NCBI GenBank assembly: GCA_030141605.1
Contig: JAQGDQ010000106.1
Span: 496,001-560,000 of the forward strand
DNA: 64,000 nucleotides
Direction of reading: 5' to 3'
From: Tubiluchus corallicola
Taxonomy: Eukaryota > Animalia > Priapulida
The notes under the pieces are model-generated. The model made no database searches. It worked only from the letters and a program-made list of their open reading frames with translations, and was not told where the DNA came from. The position numbers and the translations under genes are program-made. Positions 1 through 53,003 of this stretch are shown in pieces; the first letter of the stretch is position 1; each line of letters opens with the position of its first letter.

Positions 1-278
1 GCGATTGGTTAAGAATTGACCAATAAGAAAGCGCACCTCATTTCCATTCCAAAGCCACTTATTAGTTAGGGATTTTACTTATTTGCTTTTCGAACAGTGA
101 ATTTTTACTCTCCCGATGCAGACTCTGAAAATCACTAGCAACTTCAGCAAGCATGATTTTGATAAGTGGGGACGTAGTAAAAGGAACGTCTAAATTCATA
201 CTGTTCCGGTATGATATGACATACATTACAAAAAACAGATACTTTTAAAAATACGCAAATGTTCCTTTAAAAACACTA

Positions 279-19148
<18,870 letters not shown>

Positions 19149-19289
19149 TCAGCATAATTCACTAAAATGTTTATTTCAAACAGTATGTTACATGAGACAA
19201 TATGCTAAATATGAAATTAGATTTCTTGCTATGTTGCACAGTACATGGCGTTTAAACACTACTAGTTCACAAAAATCAGTCGTAAAAAA

Positions 19290-19560
19290 AATTCCTGCCA
19301 TTTTTGATAAACATCGTCAAGTACGCTCGCAAGTTCTCGGTGCGACTAACGCGCGAGAAAATTATTTGTTTTTTATTATTGCCTAATTATTGAAAATGCC
19401 TGAAAACGATTAATTGTCGTCCAACTAAAGAGAAAAATACGCATTAATTTTAATATTGTTTTGAAAATAAAAAGCGAAAATTATAAAATTTTGCAAAGAA
19501 AGTCGACGGTGGCGCTCCCAAACGGCGCAATGTCAAAATATGGCGGCGAATTGACTGTTT
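19290..19560. promoter_or_regulatory. Probable bidirectional promoter shared by pecanex and MLK
   Basis: Locally CpG-rich segment between divergent genes, with outward-facing YY1-like motifs: AAAATGGC on minus (19304-19297) and AATATGGCGGC on plus (19537-19547). TSS positions are inferred. Confidence 0.6.
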
Positions 19561-20492
19561 GTGTGTATATGTGTTTGTGCAAGTGTCTCCGGACAAAGCA
19601 TTATGAAAAGTTTATGAAAGTGACTAATTTAGTTATATTATTTTTGGAAAATCTAAAGTGTTTCGCAGAGTTTTTGTTTGCTGTGTATAGTTCAGATAAG
19701 TTTATTAAATTTGCAGCAATGCCCTAAGTTTGATTAAGAATTTCGGCATTATTTTTACTGTGTTTAGTGTCTAGTTCATTTATAAGTTTCTGAAGGACTA
19801 AGGAATTATGCTTACATATTTATTTAGTAGTGCAAATTTAAAAAAAAAAACATTTTACGAGCCATATAGTGCAATCTGTTGTTATTAATGCAGGATTAGC
19901 GTCAGTACAGAATAAAATCAATCAATTTTCCTAGCAAATAACTTTTTTCTAAATCACAAATGCATTTTGTAAATGCACATGCAACGTAAATCTTATAGAA
20001 CATATTGTTTTATGTGCAGTTTACCATTATTATTTATTTATTTTATTTTGCGGGCTTAGTATTACCTATTGAATAAGTAAGGGCCTACCGACTAGTACCG
20101 TAATTAAAATATGACGTAGGCCTAACACATAAAGGTTAACTAGTCCAGTGCACGCTAGACACAGGCATGGGTCTATAAATAGTCCAATTTTAGATATTTG
20201 TAAAAAGTGTTGCAGTAAGTTATGTCATTATTGATGTAACTGTATTTTAATACGCGTGAAATAAATTTCACAGTTCATAGTATAATTCAGTATCATTAAA
20301 AGAAAGTTGAACTTTAAAGATGACTATTTGTTAGTTTAATTTTTTCAGATGAGGTACTAAAAAGTGCGCAGTCATCAATGTTACACCACCGCGGAGCTGT
20401 AGCTTGTAATGCTAGTTGTTATTTGGCATCGTTTCTCAAGTTTGTCTAATGGCATACTGAGAACATGTGTTCAGTGCTCAGACTGCCAATAA

Positions 20493-43647
<23,155 letters not shown>

Positions 43648-45788
43648 AGCTTGCACAAAAGGTTAAGAATATTGCTCAATGTTCAACGAAACTGGAACAT
43701 TAATTGTAATAATCTCAGTGATAACAACATCAGGCATTCTTACTCGGTGTACTAGAACTAATTTTCAGTGCACCATACATTCAAGTATTTACATCCCTGC
43801 TATTTTTATCCTCGATGTCTACTTCTATGTTGTATGGTATGGATTGTGTGGTATTGTTGCCGCCATTTGTGAACTGTGCATTTTTTAGAAAAGGTGTTAT
43901 AGTAATTATGTTTATTAAGTATGTACATACTAACCAAGAAGATGCCAAATTCACTTCCTATCATAGTAATGATTGTGTGTAAGAATTTTTGTGTGTATTA
44001 CATGTGCATTGCCTTCCAGCTGCAGCTAAACAATCTAGTTTGTTTTTTAATGTCTGTGTTATTTGTTGTTATTGCTATTGTTGCGATTTTATTGAGACAT
44101 TTTATGCGAAATTTCAGTATCAAGTTTATAGCAGAATACAGCTGACATTCTTTAAAATTTTTATGGGCATACAGCAATTAATGTTGTTTAATTATATTTA
44201 AGCTAGCAAGTATTTTGTTTTTGCTAAGAAGTATTTTTGTCCCTACCGGCTGTTGGATTTTAAGCACTTGTATGACTTCCTTATTTTTTTTGTATTCCAG
44301 TATGTCTTTTAGGTCATTTTTTGTTCTGCCGGTTTTTGTAACATATCTTAGTGCTGAGATGATGACTGTGGCAATGTGATACATTGGCATACAGTATGTT
44401 TTTCTATAGTTTTGTCATACTCACTTACCTGTTGTCTTGCTTACTGTCTTGTGTTTGTTATTTTTGTTAAACACAATTTTTATTGGCTTGATTACGACAT
44501 ATATATTTAATTGACATTAGCGGTGAAAACTGCGTTGCTGTTTTAGCTGATAAAATCATGTCGGTTGTGGTCACAACACATTTTTAATGTCAACAAATAG
44601 TCACATTTTTATAGTTTTTTGCATGAAATATTTACTGGCCAGTTTTAAGAAACTTTAACTAAATAAATTTCAAGAGTTGATTGTAACGCTATTGTTAGTG
44701 CTCGTCTTCCATGCTAGTGCCTTAATACAGACATTTTGTAGAGTATTTTTATTTCTACATGCAATAAGTTTATGTAGTTTGTATTACGTTTTAATGCCAA
44801 GCTGCTATGCTATTTTATTGTGTGCTTTATCTTGTGTTGGTACTGTTCTAATTTAACAGATTTGTAATTTTATTGAATTGTTTCCGAAATCAGTTAATCT
44901 ATTACCCACAATTTTTGTATGCCAATCTTCATTCCAAATCGACATAGGATGGTCACTTACATTCCATAAAATGTAATTCTTAATTTGCATGTTAACTGAT
45001 ATACTGTCGTGAAACCCAGTTTGCCAGTTCTTAAAATGAATGCATGGACAAAATGAAATACTTCAATTATAGGGGGCAAAATAGACCAAAAATTAAGGTT
45101 TATTGCCTTTAATAGAACTGCATCTTCATTTGCTTTCAGAAACTATTCCTGCATCTTCCTTTGGTCATTAGTTTCTGCTAACTTGTTATTTATACATACA
45201 TTCCAAGTTGTTCTTTTCAACATACCAGTGTAGGCTCGTATACATTCTATTTCTGTAGCATTTCATTTGTCTCAATTTGCTTTTCTCTGTAATTCTATTG
45301 TGTAGCTCATTTGGTTGTGCAGGCTAACACTTCACAGAGCAGCTAGTGCCTAGCAAATAATTTTTTGTTCCGAAAGTTATCAATTGAAAAAGAGTTTATC
45401 TTACTGACCTATACTTGTCGTTATGGTCACCTCTTTTGACTCGGAGGTTAGTGAAAAATGCCACACTCAGCATTTATTCAATTTTTGATTTTATTGTTGT
45501 TTTGATTATTACATTATTGATTTTACTAGGTTTGTCATATTGGTCTGGATGACTACTTACTGTCACATTTTGTAGATAAGCTCAAATAACGTTGTTTTTC
45601 AGATTTAGCTGTGATAAAGACGAGGAGCTATGCGGCTCTCGTAACTGAAGCAGCAAACTGTGTTATTTGTAACATTCCGTGCTGTACTTTTGATTAATGC
45701 ATCGCTTGTCTTTTGAGTTACAAGTGAATGAATGTATCTTATATGTATAACTATGTATACTTATAGAAGGGTTCTTTTTCAGAAATCA

Positions 45789-45794
45789 AATAAA
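45789..45794 (+). terminator. Probable MLK poly(A) signal (3'UTR about 2.15 kb)
   Basis: AATAAA followed by T-rich sequence at the end of a T-rich UTR-like tract; another AATAAA lies near 44662. Confidence 0.55.
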
Positions 45795-46140
45795 CATGTT
45801 TTTTCTTTTATTAATTCACAGTTAAGTATTTTGTTTGTCAAAAAAATAATATTTGGTATTCAAAAGGCAAATGAAATGGCCTGATACTATTTTAGCTTTA
45901 TACTTTGCATAATTTTCCTGAAAGTTAACTACGTTTTCTACATTATTTCTACACTTTTCGACAACACTGGTCATATGTCTCGGATGAGTGCATACAAAGA
46001 TGTACACTATCAGTCATACGAATAGAGAAAGAGAAGATTGGAAACTAAAAAATGCAAAATTTTCTCATGAATAAAACGGAAAGGCAGAGAAGACGGTGAA
46101 ATAGAATGAAAAGTTTTTGAAAATTTGCAAATGAAAGTTT

Positions 46141-46146
46141 TTTATT
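46141..46146 (-). terminator. Probable TBCA poly(A) signal
   Basis: AATAAA on the minus strand about 260 nt after the stop codon. Confidence 0.6.
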
Positions 46147-46408
46147 AGAAATTGAAACAGTCTTCAAAATACTAGCACAACACATTAAAAAATTATATGC
46201 AAAGATACTTTACTGACAAATACATTCACAAATAGATTGTGTGTTTCATTAAAAACTGCTGGAATGCTATGTGAGCCATGTCTATGGACGTGACTAGAGT
46301 AGACACTGCAATATGGTGAATGAAAAAAAAATGTATTATGAACAGCGATAAAAACAAATCAAACATCACAAGGTCAGCACTATCATACTATTGTGCTTGA
46401 CAAGTCCA

Positions 46409-46747
46409 TTAGGAAGCCACTACTGTCATTGCTTCCTGAATAGCAGTCTCAGCAGCTTGGTATTCCCCAGACTCACTGAGATCTGATTCCGAATCAAGAC
46501 AGTTTTTCAGATCGGCTATGGCCGCATTAGTTCTTTTTACGCAGTCCGGAATCATCATCATTGACTCTTGCAGGACTTCCTCCTGTTTCCGGATGACATA
46601 GTCGTCCTGTTTTTCTTCTTTCATTTTTGTTAACTTCTGCCGCTCTCTGTCTGATTCTTTTTCGTACATTGTCTTTTCTTTAGCTAACCGTTTTACAATG
46701 CCTGTTTTGATTTTAATGTTACGAATGCGAGGGTCTGCAGCAGCCAT
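46409..46747 (-). CDS. TBCA: Tubulin-specific chaperone A (cofactor A), 112 aa, single coding exon
   Basis: MAAADPRIRNIKIKTGIVKRLAKEKTMYEKE...DDYVIRKQEEVLQESMMMIPDC matches the TBCA family; complete ATG-TAA ORF. Confidence 0.95.
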   Translation of the reverse strand: MAAADPRIRNIKIKTGIVKRLAKEKTMYEKESDRERQKLTKMKEEKQDDYVIRKQEEVLQESMMMIPDCVKRTNAAIADLKNCLDSESDLSESGEYQAAETAIQEAMTVVAS

Positions 46748-46756
46748 TTCTATTCT

Positions 46757-46867
46757 CTAAACGAAACAACAATAAAATAATTAAATTTTGTGCAATATGA
46801 GCATTTAGTAATATTCATTTTAACATGCAACGTTAGAAAATAATTTCTTAATTGGCAGGAAAATTAC
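46757..46867 (-). other. Probable 5'UTR intron of TBCA (111 nt)
   Basis: AG|GTAATT donor at 46867; TTGTTTCGTTTAG acceptor ending 46757, 9 nt before the ATG. Confidence 0.55.
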
Positions 46868-49800
46868 CTATCTGATTGATCTCTTCAAAGAGTCACATTC
46901 TTTAGTCAATGTATGCATACTGGGCAATGAGTAGCACTTGAACCTAATTGACTGTTCAGTGGCAGTAAGGCATACTACGGTGGCATGGCATTACGTAATT
47001 TGACTTTTTGCAGAATTACTTTAAAAGCTCATGTTTTTAAATCTTGCCATTTAATCAGTTTTAATTCTAAAGTTATATATTTTTTATATTTAACTGTATC
47101 TGAAATTTTTGTTTGTATTTTTTCTGAAAAGTTTAATGTAACAGTTACCAAACATGCAAAATCCCTTAAGCAACCATCTTGCCTGAATATTCGAACATGT
47201 CGATAACGTCCGAGTGGTTAGCAACATAATATGCATTACGAATTTTGCAATACGTGTGACGCAGAAATGGCTATGTAGGTGATTTTATAACATGAACTGT
47301 TGTACATCCACAAGAGTTCAAATCATTAGCCTAAGAATTCCATTTTTGGTTTCTATTTCATTAAAACTTTCTATAAAGCACACTAATTTAAACATACTTT
47401 GGTGACTCTGTATGCTGTATATCTTTTTGCAGTGACTTAGCCAAATGTTTTTGTTGTTCAAGTATGTACAAGTTCTGCGTTTGTTTCATATGCTGCCTTT
47501 CCAAATCTTTATATACACCTTCCCTGAGTCTCTGCAAAAGTAAATAATGTGTTATTCAAGCAAAAGTTATCCATTAATGCAGAATGATGCAAAATGAACC
47601 ATTATAAAACCACGATAACAGCAAAATCCATTGATGTGTATTCTGTGCAGCAAAGAAGTTTTAGAGCTCTATTGTCAGATGTCGCCTAAAAAGTATTCAC
47701 ACAACAGTGACAAAAGTAACACAACAGTGATGAAAGTACAAAAAACTCTGAAATGTACTAACAGCTGTCTATAATTCAGGTTTAAAGGCAGCTCATACTT
47801 TTCTAGGAATGTGTTTTTAATATTATGCAAGCAGTTCCTCCAAAAACGTAAAAGGTAAAATGTACTGACAACTTCACAAAACCAATTATGTGGATACTCC
47901 GTACTCGGTACAATATGCTTTTGACCGACCTCTTCAAGTAATTTTTCTCATATCCACGAGTTTTGTAACACATTATTACACCAAAACGATAGGCGATGGT
48001 CAGGTAAGATCCTGCACTCCACAACCTACCTTACTCGCACTAGTTGGTTCTAATAAGATTGTACATCTTAAACCTCATTAAACATAGCAAAAAATTGCAC
48101 ACACAACTAATTCCATATTTTTACTCCTGCCTTTGACTTTGTGTTACATTTCTACTGTCGTCGATGTTGCAATCGAAAAATAGTAGCTTCCGCTGCATTT
48201 AAAGATCATAATCAGATTTTATTAAAATATGAAAAAATCCATCTTGCTCTTCCCTTTGTTATAAAGATAGCCATCTCAAGAACTATGCAGGACAGAATTC
48301 CATGGTCCCAGCAAGGATATTATTATTATTACAATCATTGTGAGTGTTATGATACACTAATCACTAGTAATACTAATACTAATAGTATAATTATTGCAAT
48401 CGGCAAGGTAGGCTACTGCCGGTACAACTACAGTACTGATCATGCTTATTTTAGTGCATTCGTTTCAATCTAAATATTATGTTACAGTACTCCCTAACTG
48501 AGCTACACTGTTAATAGTTGTGTTACCAAAACTGTTAGTGTGTACCAACACAAGTCACTGAGACACTAACCTCCCTGTCTGATTGTTGCTTCCAATGCAC
48601 ATAAAAAATTGTGCCTGTCGTTGCTATTACAGACACACCTAATGTAATTTTAGCAGTCAAAGACATAAATATATTATCAAAAAAACAAATAAACAACCTA
48701 ATTTATATTTCTCAAATTTACGCTTTCTTTTTTCAAGAACAGCGAGAGTAACTTACAATAACGGCATCTGTTAGACGGTGTCATAATCATGAAATGTACG
48801 AAAGCCTGCAAGAGGGCAAGGTTAGCTGGATAAATCTATTAATTTCTTCACAAGCTTGAAAAATTTACCAAACCGTTAAGTTAAGTTGAAATTCGGCGTA
48901 TTATTTCTTACAGTACATCTTTTTTAAAAGCGTGTCTTTATTTTTCACACCTCTTATTCACATCTAAAATCTTGTTAGCTTTTCAGACTAGAGTCACTAG
49001 ACACACTGCCAAAAAATCTCAGGTCAGATATCATTAATTTAGGACACTGCCATTCTTTTCAGTTCATTATTAAATTTTGTACTTCAGCTGTTCCATTTAC
49101 AGTATTACGTCTTTTATGATTTTCAAACCTGAAGTAAATTACCTCAAATTTATAAACAATAAAACAAAATTTGTCTATTTCTCCACCCGAAGTAATTGGA
49201 CTGCATAGCTTTGTATCTACAGAACTTCCAATATATTTGAACCAACTACAATTTATGAGTGCTGGCCTCCTTATTGGCATGTAATAAAAATAATACAAGC
49301 CCAAGCATGGGTCACTACGAAATGTCATTCATGACCTGCAAGTCAGATGAATTTACACTTATATACATTGTCTTAGTAGCACTAAAAATAAATGTTAGAT
49401 TCCTGCACCAAGGCAATGCCTTGCAAATCTTACTTGCGACTACTTTACATCTTATTGTTATGTCAAAAGTGCCTTTGAAAGTGGTGAGTACGTGGAATAA
49501 TAGTTCTTCAAAGGAAAGAATGATGCCAATTACCCACATATACAATAAAACAGTACAACAAATTTTTTTAATAATTTATTATCCAAAGGCATATCTACAT
49601 TTGTACAACATTACCATACTCTTAGCACAATCAGAACTCATGATCTAGAAAACTAGCATGATTAATGACAATACAAACATCAATTCAGTTAAATGAAATG
49701 AGAGAAAACTCAATTGCATAAAGACTATTGTAATGTTCTACCTTGCAAACAAGTGGAGATCCTAATGTTCTACCTTACAAACAAAAAGAAACTCCTCCAA

Positions 49801-52456
49801 AACAGTAATGTTGCAATCTAACATATTGTTCAATGACTGTGTATGCTGTAGATGTCAGTCAGCAGACTACATGTATTTCCAAAATGGAGATTCAATTAAC
49901 TGGCTAAAAAGTAAAAACTTTGGGGATTCGAGAATAATTAGGTACATTTAGATGATACAACGTCATCAACAAACCAGTGAATGTAATTTACACTCTTTTA
50001 AACTTTTTGTTTAGTTTAAAATACTCACTTTCTCTGTGGTTATTTAGTACAAGACATGGAAGACACGGTGAAACACATAGGTAAGATATGTATATTACCT
50101 AAGAACTTATTATTAATACATGTAATTAAGAGCACCAAATGACGCACAGGTACACACATCTTGGAAGAACATGATGAGTTGGGTAATACGAGTAATTATA
50201 ATAGTAATTTGTAAATGAATAAAACTGTTTACACAAAAGTTACATATCAAAACAAAATCTTAACCTAGTGAAACAAATCAGCCTAAAACCGCAAACACAT
50301 ATCAACAGCAAGAGCAAAGAATGCAAAAGAATTATTTAAAGGTCGAAGCTTAACTTTCTCTTATATAATTAAGCTAAATACAGAAGACACCATGCATTCT
50401 CTTAAGGTTATACGATAACTGCATTTTGCAGCTCTCTTTTAACAGTAAATGCTAATATAGTAAAATGGTATTCTCATAATTAGATTTATTTCAGTTTAAA
50501 AAAGGCAAAATAATTGCATGATATTTCAATTTAAGCACTAATTAGACAATTTTCAGAAAGAAGCAAATAAGTCAAAAACATTAAAAGCTACATCTAGCTA
50601 AACTATAAAACTTAACAAACTTAACGTTTTTATTAACAAAACTGAAAATCATTGTGATGTAACAAATTTACTAATTTAAAAAAGCTAGAGTGAATCCGAC
50701 CTTTCTGATTTGAGTTTTGCAACAAACTTAATAGGTTTAGAAAAATTAATGTGAACCTGTCATGAAAGATTCCTGATGCTTAAGCTTCTGGAATCGGGTC
50801 TAGTGAACTACAGGATATCATCATATATCATATAAATATGTTTATAACATTTCCAATTTCCAATTATCTGATATGTTTTCACAATACTGCCAAATATAAA
50901 ATAGTATTAAAGTAATAGTAACTAATTAAATAACAACAATCATTTTTAGAAAAGAAAAACCTGCAAATTGAGGATCGGTAAAGATACACAGCTTGATTAA
51001 TGATTTTACAGATAAATCCTTATAGAACAGAATTCTACATAAACATTGTTTACAGTGCCTACTTGTGCTATATGACTGTCTGCAACTTTACACTGAATGA
51101 TAAAGTAATTATCACATTGATCGAATTTACCCTGATCAGTTAAATTACAATCTTATCTACAATTGGAAAGTAGGATGCTAATGCAACCATTAATTTACTG
51201 AAATAAGTACATTAATTTAAATTCAAATACGAAATAATGTACAGCAAAGATTGTCTTGTAAATAAATAAACTAAATTAGACTAAAATATTATTCTAAAAT
51301 ATTGAGTGTAGCTCTGCAGTATTCAAATACTAAGAATTGTCTTCTACACTGAAAACTTGCAACGAATAGACTACTATCCTAACAACATCAATTAACTAAT
51401 GCAAACAATGTGGTCAGTCATCAATACATAAACTCTTTCTCAGTTTCAGCATTTCTCTCAGAAAAAGATCAGTTAATCTTAGTGTTTTTGGTAACATTAG
51501 TGTGAACTGTGTGATTGAATTCTGATGTACATGACTTCTTGCCAATACAGCCCTAAACTACATTATATACTTGAATTGCAACTTATAGGTCACGATATAG
51601 CCTACAGGACAAAACTGTCCATTAACTATTTACAGATTCACACAAAATGTTGGTAATATAAAAACATTACACACAGTCATTCTACCATAAACTTACAAAA
51701 TTCTCAAAGACCTACCTATAAAACAAATCATAACAATTTAATGATATCAATAATACTAATGATAAAATAATTAAAATTATAGCTTGGAAGAAACGCAACA
51801 GTATAGAACAAATCCCCATCTAACATACAAAAATGCTGATTAGATATTAGCCTTTAAGCAAAAATCTTAAGTCTACAAAACACTTTTTACAAGAAATTTA
51901 CACTTAGCAAAAACACTAATGTATCTCCCATTTGGGGATACATACATGATCTACCATACAATAAGTAAGTTGCAACAGTGATTTTATATTTTTGTCTAGG
52001 ACACATGAAAGAAAAAAGCAAATTTTGGAGGATCTTAAAAACATTGTTCGGTTCTCACGGCTTACAAAAACTTAATAACTATGGCAGCATTATGCACTTG
52101 CGCACAAACTAATGCTAACTTTTTCATTTTAGAAACTTTCCACAGTTGCAACGGACCTATCCTAATAGCATGTCAGATTTTATTAGATGGGCGACTCTCA
52201 GTATATACTGTTATACAACTACAGCTTACGAACTACAAAAACTTAGAGCCGATAAAAATATGAGCCCAGGTTTTAGAGACGTGTCTAACGTTGTTGATGT
52301 ATCAAATCAAATAATATTGTTGGTAAGTAGCACATATAATTTGACCAAAGCATTTTTGAAAATACTCCACATTCTGAAACGGAAGAATTGCCACTTGGTC
52401 AACAAGCCTTAACAACTGCACTAATGTCAATACTTATTAGACTTACCAGAGCTAAT

Positions 52457-53003
52457 CTAACTTTTCTTGTCAACACAGCATGTGTCTAGATGCAATTCAT
52501 TTTTAACCTCAATATTGTTGTTATTAGTGGGGCTAATAGAACGAAGAGGCACTATATTCGATGTTACTCCAGCTAGTCTGAGTAAAGCATCAGCACCGGG
52601 CACGGTATCCGAGTCATTGCTGGGGACTGTGGTAGACACAATAACATCCGTGCTTGATGGTGGAACTGATTCAGAGCTCATATTAAACATGGATCTAACA
52701 TCAGACATGGGTGTGGCTATTCCAGCAAGGTTTAGCAAAGCATCCGCCCCTTCTGTTTTCTTCTTCTCGTCCTCTTCATCTTTTAGCCGCTTCCGTTTTC
52801 CTGGCGACGATGTAGCCGAATCACTGTCCGTATATTCACTGATCTCGCTGTCCGTATCACAGTCTGAGCCAAAATCGAACTCTTCATCAATAGATGATGT
52901 GGGAGATGAGCAATGATGGCTTTGCTCTGCATCTTCTGCTACGCTGTACGTGTGATCATCGTATGGACTGTGAGTGACCACCAGTGGTCTTTTTCGCTTA
53001 GGT
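52457..53003 (-). CDS. FOXN3: FoxN2/3 terminal coding exon
   Basis: [21 protein letters not shown], acidic tract, two GADALLxLAG motifs, TAG stop. Confidence 0.9.

Noticed and set aside
45601-45660. Hairpin in the MLK 3'UTR considered as a SECIS element
   Set aside because: No SECIS core geometry and no in-frame TGA in MLK.
49001-49052. Two CACTGCCA miR-34 seed matches
   Set aside because: On the strand opposite the FoxN2/3 UTR; the minus-strand TGGCAGTGT does not extend to a miR-34 mature sequence or hairpin.
52467-52916. Plus-strand 149-aa ORF
   Set aside because: Antisense shadow of the FoxN2/3 terminal exon.
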